The position numbers were made by a program, and so were the translations under genes. DNA of 63,878 bases, filler included, from Chiloscyllium plagiosum (Eukaryota), in the NCBI RefSeq assembly GCF_004010195.1. It is 5 parts of one record of this genome, joined end to end, with 100 filler letters (N's around TTAATTAATTAA, not from the genome) between each part and the next. Parts side by side here need not be neighbours in the genome. Positions count along the whole stretch, not along the records: positions 1 to 19,002 come from NC_057717.1; positions 19,103 to 37,857 come from NC_057717.1; 3 more parts are not named here. The stretch is one strand, 5' to 3'. Shown here piece by piece: positions 11,530 to 23,740 of this stretch (its first letter is position 1; the number at the start of each line of letters is the position of its first letter). The notes under the pieces are model-generated. The model was not told where the DNA came from. It did no database searches and was given only the letters and a program-made list of their open reading frames with translations.

Positions 11530-12546
11530 TTGATTCGGACCGGTCAGCATAGACTTGTGAGTGGTCGATCATACTTCCCAAATGTGTTACAGTTCTCTGA
11601 TGTTGTGACCAAGAAGGTTGACGAGGGCAGAGTGGTAGACATAGTCTCAATGGATTTCGGTAAGGCCTTTGATAAGGTTCCACACGGCAGGCTGATCTGG
11701 AAGGTTCCATCACGTGGAATGCTGCGGGAATTGGCCAATTGGATACACAGTTGGCTTGATGGTGGGAAGCAGAGGGTTTAGTGGAAGGATGCTTGTCAGA
11801 CTGGAGGTTGGGTCCATAGCTGTTTGTTATCCATGATTGGGTTGAGAATGTACAAGGCATGATTAGTAAGTTTGCAGGTGACACTAAAATAAGTGGTAGC
11901 GTGATCAGTGAATAAGATTATCAGAAATTGCAGCATAACCTTCATCAAGTGGGGAAGTGGGCCGTAAAATGGCAAATGGAAATTAATGTAGATGTGTGAG
12001 GTCTTGCATTTTGGAAGCTCAAATTAAGGTAGGAGTTTCATAGTGAATGGGGGAGCCTTAAGGGGAGTACTGGGCAGAAAGACCTTGACGTTCAGGTGCA
12101 CGGTTCTCTGAGTGGAGTCATGTGTAGACAGGGCAGTGAAAAGGCTTTTAACATACTGGCCTTCACTGAGTATAGATGCTGGGAATTTATGTTGCAATTA
12201 CACAGGACTTTGGTAAGGCCGCAATTGGAGTATTGTGTTCAGTCTTTGTCACGTTGTTTACGATCGTGAGGGTTTATGGATAGGGTGAATGATCTCAGTC
12301 TTTTTCCAAGGTTTAGAGAATCGAGGACGAGAGGGGATCAGTTCAAGGTTAGAGGGGAAGGAATAAAAGGGAACCTGAGGGGCCACTTCTTTACATAGAG
12401 GGCTGGTACGTGGATGAGCTGCCAGATGTGGTTGAGGGGGGTACATTAACAACATTTTAAAAGCATTTGGATAAATATGTGGATAGGAAAGGACTAGAGG
12501 GATGTGGGGGCCAACTGCAGTGAAATTGGGTTAGTGTGGATGGGCA
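11530..12546 (+). mobile_element. decayed CR1-type LINE (RT to near 3' end), cut by a Gypsy LTR
   Basis: VTKKVDEGRVVDIVSMDFGKAFDKVPHGRL; the 3' UTR stops at the LTR boundary. Confidence 0.85.
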
Positions 12547-13302
12547 TTTACAAGGTGGAGTCGAACTCCTCTGTTAATTAAAACCAAACACCCAGAAAAG
12601 CTCGCCTCACCCTGTAATCTGTTAAAATATGGCTGGCACAGGTCTCCTACATTCCTCTATTTTTTAAAAAAATAACAAGTCAGTTTCTTAACTTTAATAG
12701 CGAACACTAACTAACAACTATTCACAAATACAAGCCCCTCTTTCCTTAGCTACTTACTATCTGAATCCAACTCTGTAAAAATATGCTGTTCCAACAACCC
12801 ACATATTAAACATTACAATCTCAAGACCCGACAGTCTCTATCTTCCCTGCTGTGTTCACTCTCCCAGCTGCTGAAGTCCCTGGGTCATTTTTTCTTTACT
12901 GCAAGTAGGCTTTACATGAACATGTATCTTTGACAGAGAGTGTTTGAGATGGCCAGTTAGTGCTTCTGCTCTACAGCAGCTACTCTGCTGTTGGATGGCA
13001 GTGACTCTCCCTCTAGTGTTCAAAATGCTGGGTTTATATACTTCACATGATACAATAATTCTCATAATTTGATTGCTATCTAGGTATCCAAACAATAATA
13101 TTCAAATTCCGTTGACTGCTGGTATTCTGAGCGTTATTTAAAGTCCTTGGTTATATTTGAATTGGTGTCAAAACAGCCATTTCTTACCTAATTGTCACAC
13201 GTGGAACAGCCTGACTTTTAGCTGGCATCTATGGGTGTACTTTCTATTCAGCAAAACCCGTTCAGTCTTAAAGTGACCAGACAAGCTTTCAGCTTCATAA
13301 CA
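12547..13302 (-). mobile_element. 3' LTR of Gypsy element, preceded by a polypurine tract (13303-13314)
   Basis: minus strand gaaggggggagg|TGttatg; the LTR end matches the 5' LTR end at 49500-49592. Confidence 0.75.
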
Positions 13303-16300
13303 CCTCCCCCCTTCAGAAAAAAATGAACCATCAGAATAAATGAAAAGATAACTTCATTTATTTTCCTCTAATTCTTAATCCCATTATTATGAAATACAAA
13401 AGTATTAATCTCTGTTATGCCATTCATACTAATTCTGCACAGATATATAACGCTGGAATAAGTCCAATCTTATCTACGCTTAGTCCTTTAAATCCTCGAT
13501 AACACATCTGCTATTACATATTTAGGATCCACAGCATATACATTTTGTAAGATTAAAGTCGGTAAGATAAGACTCCAATGAAATAGTCTCATATCCTGGT
13601 CTTTAAATATTCCAGAAAATGTGAGAGGATTGTTGTTGTCCACAACTATCTCCGACAATTTGTTTGTCATATAAACATTAAAATATTGCCAGGCCAGTAC
13701 GGATCATTCTTTTTCAATAATGGAGATTTTGTATTTTTTTCTAGTGGATATTGAGTTTTTTCGAAAAGTAGCCAATTGGCCATTCAATTCCATCATCATC
13801 TTTCTGTATCAATACATCTCTGAGCCCTATATCCTTAGTATCATGTACAATTTTCAGAGGGTTTCAAAATATTTGGTGCAGCTAAAACTGATGCGGTGAT
13901 TAATCCGGCTTTAAAGTTCTCAAATGCCTCCTGGCATTGTTCTGTCCACCACAATTCTGTTTCCTTCTTTACTAAGTCCATCAGTGGTGCCAATACGGTG
14001 CTGAAGTTTGCAACAAACTTCCAATAGAATCCACTCAGTCCCAAAAATCGAAGTACCTCTTTCTTCGAGAATGATCGTGGAAATTCCTCAAAGCCCTTCG
14101 TCTTTGTGTTCCATGGGGTCAACCTTCCATGTCAAATGTAATGTCCCAAGGACGTCCCCTATGCCTTCACGAATTATGTTTTCTTTAAGTTTATTACCAA
14201 GTTTGTTTCTTGTAATCGTTCAACATGCTCTAGCAACTGTAACATATGAGCTTTCTATCACTTGCTAAAGATCACTACATCATACAGATAAACTGCACAA
14301 TTTATTCATCCGGCCACAACTCTGTTCCTGAGTCTTAAATGTGGTGGTGCATTATTCATTCATATGAAATACTCGATAACATTTTTGTTATATCCAGTAT
14401 CTTTATGAGATAGTTTAACTGACTCAACATTTTTTTTTATTTGAAAGAGACCACTAAAACTGGCTTTGACAAGATTTCCTACCACTGGTAGCAATATTAA
14501 TACGTCGTTCCCGTATCAAGATTGGGAGGTAACGGTGCGAGTGAGTGACACAGTGTCAGTTCCAGGAATGCAGTTTGTTCTTGGGAACGATTTAACAGTA
14601 TACAAGGTGGGAGAGGTACCCCCTGTGGTGGAGAAGTCAAAGGAAGACTAGGGAACTGGGGAATTGAAAGAAAAATACTCAGGAATTTTTCCAGACTGTG
14701 AAGTAACATGATCCCATAAGTTACAGCAGGAAGGAAAAATAAAAGAAAAAGACAAAGGAGTTGATGTTCAGTTAACTGACATCCTGTTTGATGTAACAGT
14801 GCAGAAAAAAAACCTGAACAGGCAGAGTGTCAGGCAGAGGTTGGAAATCGTCAAAGTTTCAGAGTTTTTATCTGCCACCTGCTTCACTCTATGTTGTGCC
14901 ATTTTCAGGTGCTGTTTACATAACTCACCTATTCCATATAATCTCTCCCTCAACTCATATACAAAATCCAAGTGTGAGATCTCTGACTTCGGTCTTGTCA
15001 ACTTATATTTATTTCAAGGAGCTCTCACTTCATGTACGAATATGAACTCAAATAAAGTAAACTGAGTAGATTTATTTGGAGCATCTCTGATGGCAAGCAA
15101 TTTAATGGGACACCTTTATCACAATCATTCAAGCAACCATGAGAGTGCGCTGTTAACATGGTCTTCAGCATCTGATGCTAACTTTCCAAGACTCCCTGGG
15201 ATTCAGGATGGGACGCACCTGATTTGAAGTGCTGTCTGCCTAAGCTATCCATGACTTCCTAAAACAGCTGAGCGGTAAAATGAGATCCTTGGTCTGACTG
15301 TATCTCTCTGCGTAACCCACAGTGAGTAAAGAAAGCTCACAACTCCTCCACCTCCCTTTTTGCCTTAACACTCCATTGCCTCTAGAAATCTGGGAGACAC
15401 ATCCATTACTGTCAACAAATATTGGTTTCCACTTTTATTTTAGAAAGGGGAGCTACACAATTAATCATAACCTACGGGAAAGGTTCTTCGAATTCAGGAA
15501 TTGGCAACAAAGGTGCTGGTTTTATTACTGCCTGTGACTTACCTACCATTTGGCATATATGACATGTACAACAAAACATAACCACGTCCTTGTGCATTCC
15601 AGGCCAATAGACATGCTTATGCACCTTAACCTGAGTCTTCCGTACATCTAGGTGATCTCCTGCAGTTAGTTCATGTGCTAACCGTAACACTGTATGTTAC
15701 CGGTAACACAATGTGTTACACTTCGGCCCATTTCCCTTCTTCACTAACCTATTGTGGTCTCCATTTCAATTTTATGATTCTATCTTTAAGTTAATAACGT
15801 TAGACAATATATTCTGATTACATTTCTGTGTGTGTGCATGTGTATGTGTATGTGTATGTGTATGTGTGTGTATATATCTGTTGTAAGGCAATTAGCCTTT
15901 CAGGACGAAACACTTCTGCCTGACCCTCTGCCTGTTCAGGTGTTTTCCTGCACCGTTACATCAAACAGGGTGTCAGGTAACTGAACATCAACTCCATTGT
16001 CTTTTTCTTTTTGTTTTTCCTTCTAGCTGTAACTTATGACAGTGGGTTCTTGTTACTACAAAGCCTGGAAAATATCCTGGGTATTTTTCTTTTAACTCCC
16101 CAGTTCCCTAGTCTTCCTTTGACTTCTCCACCACAGGGGTGCCTCTCCCACCTTGGATCCTGTTAAATCATTCCCAAGAACAACCTGCATTCCTGGAACT
16201 GACAATCTGTCACTCACTCTCACCGTAACTTCCCCAATCTTGATTTGGCACTCCAACCTGATGAGACACAAGGGAATGCTTAATTTCTCTCGCCATTCAA

Positions 16301-18636
16301 CAGATTATCACACTCTGAAGTACCATGTGAGGAAGAGTGAAAATACTTCTATCACTTGCTATTAGAGGCTGAGAGAAAGTAAGGACTGCAGATGCTGGAG
16401 ATCAGAGATGAAAAGTTTGGGGCTGGAAAAACACAGCAAGTCAGTCAGCATCCGAGGGGCAGAAGAATCGACATTTCACGCACAAGCCCTTCATCAGGAA
16501 AGTGGGGGGTAAGGGAGAGGGAAGTAGTTGTGAAATAAATAGAAGGGTGGGAGTAGAGCTGGGTGGAAGGGAGCTTGGAAGGCGATAGGTCGATGTAGGC
16601 GGGGTGTGATGGTGATAGGTCGGAGAGGAGGGTGAAGTGGATAGGTGGTAGGACAGCTGGAGCCCTCTGACTATACAGCATCAACGTTGACTTCACTAAT
16701 TTCCAAATCGCCCCGCCCCCAACCTTATCCCAGATCCAAACGTTAAACTTAGCATCGCCCTCTTGCACTGCCCTAACTGTCCATCTTCCTTCCCACCTAT
16801 CCCCTCCGACAGATCACTATCACTCCTACCTACATTTCCTATCACCTTCCCAATGACCCTCCCACCAGCCCAGCTCCTAACCTCCTATTTATCTTTCACC
16901 CCCTTGTCCCCCCACCACATTCCTGACGATGGGTGTATGCGTGATATGTCGATTGTCCTGCTCTTCGCCTTCCCAATGACCCTCCCACCAGCCCAGCTCC
17001 TAACCTCCTATTTAAGTTTCAGCCCCCTTGTTCCCCCACCACATTCCTGACGATGGGTTTATGCCTGATATTTCGATTGTCCTGCTCTTCGGATGCTGCC
17101 TGATCTGTTGTGCTTTTCCAGTGCCCCAACTTCTCAACTTTTAGAGACTGAGCAGATCCCATATCTTACAAAATTATACCTTCTTGTCCTTCTCCCCTGT
17201 TCTTTCTGATTAAACTTCAACCACAGAGGCGAATTTTTTATAGAGATCAGGCAATGCCTCCATACACAGCCCCTGCCTAGGTTTTGCAATCTCCTGCAGC
17301 TCCTTGGCTCCACTTGGGGTCTCCTTTTCCAGTTTCACTCATGTCACTGGTTTTACCTCTTCCACTTACCTTTTCCCAAAGCGCCTTCCTTCAACCCCCA
17401 GCACGGTGTCCCCCAGCTTACTGCAGTGAAAACACCTTTTCCCAGGGCCCTCCTTAAACTATCGGCACTGGAATCGTTTTGTGTTCCGCTCCCTTATAGT
17501 GAGAAAACCTGAGGCCTTTCACCACCTTTCAACCCCCTTGGGCTGTTTCTTTCACCTGTGGTAAACTATTGCTCGTGTGTTTTACTCGTTTTGTAGTATA
17601 GGATCTCCCCTTCTCCCAATTTCTGTCCCTCACAGATGAAAATCCTCCCAGAAGCTAAATGTCTTCTCATGCGCCAATGCATGTTTACCTGCCATTTCTG
17701 CCGTGCTTCTCATTTCTTGAACTTCCTATTCATTCACATGAATTCTTTCCATCTCTGGAAGTGAGTCTTTAAACTCCTCCAGCAGAATAATCTCCCTTCA
17801 GCCTCACAGGTCTTGTCCACTTTTAAGGCCTGCACTCATTTCTCAAAACGTTTGTGGTTACTTCTTTCAAACTCAACATCAGCTTGACCAGGTTCCGTCT
17901 CTATATTTCTGAACAGCTATCTATATGCTTCTAGTACCAATTCATAAGCACTCAAAATAACCTGTTTGAATTCTGCATAATTTATTGCTCCCTCATGTGA
18001 CAGCACTACACATATCTTTCAAGCTGTGCCCACCAGCTTAGTCTGAACTACAATTACCCACAAGTTCACTGAACACGCCATCTGCCAAGCCAATTTTGCA
18101 AATAAAACAAAAAGGTTTTGACATTTTCCTCACCAAAATATGGCAATATATTAACATAGTAGTATACATCTCTACGTTCTCCCTTCATCTTCATCCTGCT
18201 AATTTAACTTCCTTACCTAATTCCAAACTTCTAAATTTCAAATTCCTCCTCTCTTTTTCCTCTCTTTCTCTTTTTTCTCTCTCTCTTTCTGTCTCTTTCT
18301 TTATCTTTTAACTCCTGTTGCCACATGTGCAATTTAAGTTTTTCTAATTTGCCTGCAGCTGCCTGTTTCTCCGGTACACCAAAGTGCTTGACCAACTCCA
18401 TTACAATTTCAGCTTTCCTTTTGTCCCTGGTGAAACCCAATTCTAATCTACTTGTTAATTCTAAAAGTCTGCCCTTCCTCTGTGTTTCCATGCCTTCTTG
18501 GCAAATTTGGGAATCACCTTCAAACCCCAGAACCTCTTTAATAACGTTAAAAGCAATTTATTTTAATTTAACCAACCACAAGGAAGCAAAATTAAATGAA
18601 TGTTCTCACCTGTTTTATTTCAAGGTCTAGGTCACT
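13303..18636 (-). mobile_element. decayed Ty3/Gypsy LTR retrotransposon internal region, Gmr1-like order gag-PR-IN-RT-RH
   Basis: gag ~18500-17400; protease D(M)GS ~17160; integrase H2C2 AHELTAGDHL..YWPGMHKDV..CCTCHICQ 15690-15472; core SDQGSHF ~15290; GPY/F-like VLILLPVVG..FSGLFQ ~14510-14370; RT NAP..AVYLYDVVIFS ~14360-14260; FLGLSGFYWKFVANFS; RNase H ending IADVLSRI at 13490. Confidence 0.85.
16378..17136. mobile_element. Penelope-like element with inverted termini, nested in the Gypsy protease
   Basis: terminal sequences in opposite orientation at both ends; TSD-like ctctaatagc/ctctaaaagt on minus strand. Confidence 0.8.
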
Positions 18637-19002
18637 GACCGAACTGGTCCTCACCCTGAACAACTTTTCTTTCCAATCCTCCCACTTTCTCCAAACAAAA
18701 GGAGTAGCCATGGGCACCCGCACGGGCCCCAGCTATGCCTGCCTCTTCGTAGGGTATGTGGAACAATCCATCTTCCGCAACTACACTGGCCCCACCCCCC
18801 ATCTCTTCCTTCGCTACATTGATGACTGTATCGGCGCTACCTCGTGCTCCCACGAGGAGGTTGAACAGTTCATCCACTACACTAACACCTTCCACCCCAA
18901 CCTCAAATTCACCTGGACAGTCTCGGACTCCTCCCTCCCCTTCCTAGACCTTTCTGTTTCTATCTCAGACGACCGAATCAACACGGACATCTACAACAAA
19001 CC
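18634..19002 (+). mobile_element. young Penelope-like element reverse transcriptase fragment (runs into gap)
   Basis: open frame LTLNNFSF..FLQTKGVAMGTRTGPSYACLFVG..FLRYIDDCIG..HPNLKFT..LPFLDLSV..TDIYNK. Confidence 0.92.
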
Positions 19003-19102
19003 NNNNNNNNNNNNNNNNNNNNNNNNNNNNNNNNNNNNNNNNNNNNTTAATTAATTAANNNNNNNNNNNNNNNNNNNNNNNNNNNNNNNNNNNNNNNNNN
19101 NN

Positions 19103-19580
19103 TAGGAAAGATGTGGGAGCTTTGGAGAGGTTGCAGAGAAGATTTACCAGGATGTTGCCTGGAATGGAGAGGAAGTCGTACGAGGATCGGTTGAGAGTTC
19201 TCGGCCTTTTCTCGTTGGAACGGCGAAGGATGAGGGGTGACTTGATAGAGGTTTATAAGATGATCAGAGGAATAGGTAGAGTAGACAGTCAGAAACTTTT
19301 TCCCCGGGCACAACCGAGTGTTACAAGGGGACATAAATTTACGGTGAAGGGTGGAAGGTATAGGGGAGATGTCAGGGGTGGGTTCTTTACCCAGAGAGTG
19401 GTGGGGGCATGGAATGCGCTGCCTGTGGGAGTGGTAGAGTCAGAATCTTTGGTGACCTTTAAGCGGCAATTGGATAGGTACATGGATAGGTGCTTAAGCT
19501 AGGACAAATGTTCGGTACAACATCGTGGGCCGAAGGGCCTATTCTGTGCTGTATTGTTCTATGTTCTGTGTTCTATGTTC
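19103..19580 (+). mobile_element. young CR1 LINE 3' end
   Basis: open frame ALERLQRRFTRMLPGM..LGLFSLERRRMRGDLIEVYK..WNALP; (tgttcta)n tail. Confidence 0.92.
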
Positions 19581-19582
19581 TA

Positions 19583-19668
19583 ATAGAATGATGCTGGAAA
19601 AGCACAGCAGGTCATGTAGCATCCGAGTAACAGGAAAATCGATGTTTCGGGCAAAAGCCCCTCATCAA
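19583..19668 (-). mobile_element. Penelope-like terminus with degenerate hammerhead
   Basis: minus strand ttgatgaggggcttttgcccgaaacatcgattttcctg. Confidence 0.65.
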
Positions 19669-19679
19669 AAGCTTTGTGC

Positions 19680-20948
19680 AAGAGACATCATGACTGACAT
19701 ATTTTTGGAATTCTTTGATGAAGTGACCAGCAAAGTTGAGGAGGTAAGGGTGGTATACATAGTCTATATGGATTCCAGTAAGGCCTTCAATAAACTTCCA
19801 CATGGTTGCTAATCTGGAAGGTTAGATCACATGGAACTGAGGGGGAGCTGCCAAATTCGAGACAAAATTGGCTTGGTGGTAGAAAGCAGACGGTTATACT
19901 GGAAGATTGCTGGTTGGAGGCCTGTGTGGAATGGCTCAGGAGTTGGTGCTGGGACCACTACATATTACACATACCTATGATTTAGATGAGAATGTACAGG
20001 CATGGTTTGTAAGTATGTAGGTGATACTAAAATAGGCAGCATCATGGAGAGTGAGCAAGATTATCAGAAATTTAGAAATGACAGCAGTACCTTGATCAGC
20101 TGGAGGAGTGGGCTGAGAAATGGCAAATGGATTTTAACAAAGATCAGTGTAAGTTCTTGGATTTTAGAAAGTCAAATCAAGGTTGGATTTTCATGGTGAA
20201 TGGTTGGGTCCTAAGGAGTGTAGTGGAACAGAGGGACCTTGGAATTCAGGTGCATGGTTCTCTGAAAAATGATTCACAGGTAGACATAGCAGTGAAGAAA
20301 GCTTTTCGCACACTGGCCTTCATCAGTGTATATCACTGAGTATCGAAATTAGAGAGTTACGTTGCAGTTATACAGGATGTTGATGTGGCCATACTGGTAT
20401 CATTATGTTCAATATTGTTCACTGGGAGGCAAGCAATGACTGTTTGAGTCATGGATATTGTTAAGCTGGAAAGAGTGCAGGAGAAATTTACAACGATGTT
20501 GCCATCTAAATGATCTGAGTTATAGCGAGAGGTTGGACAAGCTAGGTCTTTTTAATTTAGCGTGTAAGAGACTGAGGGGGGATCTGACATGAGTGTATAA
20601 AATCATGACAGGCAGGGACAGAGTGAATGCACTCAGTCTTTTTCCCTAGGGTTGGGCAATCACAGACCAGAGGGCAGCAGTTTATGGCCAGAGGAAAAAG
20701 AATAAAAGGAAACCTGAGGAAGAACCTGAGGGGCTGGTACGTATATGGAAGGAGGTGCCAGGGTAAGAGGTTGAGTTAGCTACATTCACAACCTTTAAAA
20801 TACATTTGGCCAAATACACGGATAGGAAATTATTACAATGATATGGGGCAATGGCAGGGAAGTGCGGTTAGCGTGGATGGACATTTTGTCGGAATGGACT
20901 ATTTTGGACCCAAGGGCCTGTGTCTGTGCTGTTGGACTCTATGACTCT
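19680..20948 (+). mobile_element. decayed CR1-type LINE (RT to 3' end)
   Basis: LEFFDEVTSKV..YMDSSKAFNKLPH, EQRDLGIQVHGSLK; gactctatgactct tail. Confidence 0.85.
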
Positions 20949-22204
20949 AACAACCATTGCTTGCCTCCCACTGAACGTTGTATTGGATTTTCCCAATTCA
21001 CTGGAGCGAACTTGACCCTCTAGCCCCCAGGCTACCATGATGTTTAACCAGAATGATCAAGCATTCTATGTTGTATGCAGACACCGTAAAAATGCACCTT
21101 ATTAACGTCACTATTCTTTAAAAGCTGCTTCAGAGAAAGGTTAGTAATTCGTCCTTCTGACCACACAACACCAAATGCGAAATAACATGCTCTCTGGTTT
21201 GCTTCACAACATACTCTTCAACGCACCTCAGATACACACGGAATTTATTTTTCACAGCACGAGCAGTCACTTAGTTAATGCAGTTTAGGTGCAACTTGAG
21301 ACCATCCAATAAAACTGCAGTATCATGATACTTGCATATCTAATCTCCAGAGCATATGATGCTCAGATTTTCTGCAGCTGTTTTGCTTTCGATCCTATAA
21401 CACACCAATATTTGCTTCTCCTTGCCATTTGTAAGCTCTACCTAAATTGATTCAGTGGAAGCTGAGGGACAGGTCTTTGCCGTTATTAGTGTTAGACTTG
21501 GACAAGACATTAGGGAAGCTAACCTCGACGCTGAGATGATCTGAAGAAATGTCCATTGATACAGGACAAGCATCAATATACTCCCCGCTCTGTCAGGATA
21601 AAGGTCACCATATTCTCTCTGCTCCATCACACCCACTGTATATCTGTTATAGCACCTACCCCCAGACAATCCTCATGCTCTATCTCCAAATAAGGCTCAG
21701 GCACTATCAATCTCATAATTTAAATCAGCAACTTCCTTCCCACACTTTCTCTGTCACCCACATAATACCCCCCCACACACTCTAATAACACTATGTGGAT
21801 TCAAAACTGTCGATTGACTCATTCCGGACACCTCACAATTCCCCCTAACCCCACCTACACCGGCAATAACAGCAGGGCCACCCACTCCAGCCCTCACTCC
21901 CACCATCCCTCCCTTTCTCCCATTCCAAGAGAAACAGCCTGGAATTGGACAGAAAGGGCCAAGCCGGGTGGTGGAGTGCTCAATATCCATTCCCTTACCA
22001 GCCTCCCCCCGCCATGTGCGGAGGAACATAGTACAAGATGGAGTGGACTGGGATGCCTCGCGTGGAGTTTCTGAGACATCCATATCCCACTGACCGATTA
22101 AGGAGCAGCGCTCAGTGAACGACAATTCTCACTTTAAACCCACTGGCAGTTCCAATGAAAGTCCTTTCAGTCCCCCCGAAAAACCATGGATACCTCACTG
22201 AACA

Positions 22205-22450
22205 GACATGCAGACACAGAAATACACATAATTGTTGGTAACTACTCCAATATGCGAAGAAACAAAATACATACAAGGCGATAGGCATACACACACGTAG
22301 AAACACACACAGACATATAGAGTCACACACAAATAGACACAAACACAGATAGAAATGCACAGACTGATACACAGAAAGACAGACGTAGACACACAAATAC
22401 ACAGGTGACGAGCAGATGGACACACACATACGCACACACAGACACAAACA
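22205..22450. repeat. degenerate CA/CAGA microsatellite
   Basis: direct reading. Confidence 0.8.
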
Positions 22451-22999
22451 CTACTGTCATTAAGACACAAATAGATAAGCTTTTGATTTATAAGAGGATC
22501 AAGGATTCTCGGGGTAAGGCAGGAGAATGAGGTTGAGGAACATATAAGAAATTATTGAATGGCATATCAGACTAGATGGGCCGAATAGTCTCATTCTGCT
22601 CCTTTTTCATGCTCATGTGTTGTTATGCTATCAGGTATTCAGACACACTCGGATTAGCCATGAGCATTCTGAATGGTGCAGTCAAATTGACAACTGCTGC
22701 CTAAGCCATGTGTTGTTCCTCAATCCAGCCCTCGAGGCTGTTACAGAGATATACTGCGGTCCCTATCCCATATGTTGTTGCTCAATCCACCCCTCGAGGC
22801 TGTTACATGATAGGGGACCACCCCATTCAGTCAGACAAAATCGTTACAATGAGACAAGAGGAGACCTTTCTGCCTGTCTAAGGAATTACACAGGAATATA
22901 GAATGAAGTAATTCATCTCGTTGAGTACATTACACAGCCCAGGAGGAGGCCATTAAACCTTCCTGAATGGCTACACAGAAAAAGGGAAGCTGTCGCTAA

Positions 23000-23740
23000 C
23001 AGGAAATAGAGAATAGAGACAAATGTTTATTTTCAGGCTGCAAAGCTGTAACTGATGGAGAGCCTCAGAGATCACTGTGGGGTCATCAATGATCAATAAT
23101 CTGTATCAAAGATCTGGAGGAAGGGGAGGGAATGGCTTGGAGCTCAATTAGCTCGTATACCAAGATGGTCATTGAATGTGTCGTCAAATGGATGGAGTGA
23201 GTCTGCAATGTAATACAGGCAGGAAAGGTTAGTGAGCAAGCCTTCAGCATAATTAACAGGAGGTAAGTTGTCTATTTTGGCATTAAGGATGAAACAATGG
23301 TAAACAATTTAAATGGAGAGAGATTGCAGAACTCTGTGATACAGGAGGTTTACATGTTCTTGGGACATGAATCGTATGAAGTCAGCCGGCAGATGCAGCA
23401 AGTGATTTGGAAGGTAAGTGGAATGATGCTGTATCAGATTTATTCGCAGGAATGTTTTACTGCATCTATACAGGGCATTGTTGAGACCACACCTGATGCA
23501 CTGTGTGCAAATTTGATCCCCTAAATTAAAATAAAAATATATAATTCTTTTCGAAGATTTTCAAAGAGGTTTCCCTTCACTCATTCCTAGATGCCGGCTT
23601 TTTGGTATGGGGTAATATCAATTTTGATCTTAGCTGAGAAATAGTATTGAACCATCTATGACTTTCTGAAAAAGTCTATCAGCTGGCTGCATATTATCTC
23701 TTGTCAGGGAGACGAAAGCTAGAGAATAAATTTTAAGAAA
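23000..23740 (+). mobile_element. old CR1-type LINE remnant
   Basis: LNGERLQNSVIQ..GHES.EVSRQMQQVI.K.SGM motif. Confidence 0.6.

Noticed and set aside
19003..19102. ttaattaattaa palindrome centred in N44-12-N44 blocks (also 37858-37957, 43654-43753, 60722-60821)
   Set aside because: Identical 100-bp construct at four gaps with stops in all six frames: a scaffolding linker, not biology
11590..20900. Segmental duplication between CR1 copies at 11.6-12.5 kb and 19.7-20.9 kb
   Set aside because: Similarity is confined to the element; flanks differ, so independent insertions of one subfamily suffice
21760..22190. GC-richer non-repetitive-looking stretch with overlapping ORFs (similar cases 35100-35400 and 46560-46920)
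   Set aside because: No recognisable protein motif, splice pattern or repeat identity; cannot support a call without database search
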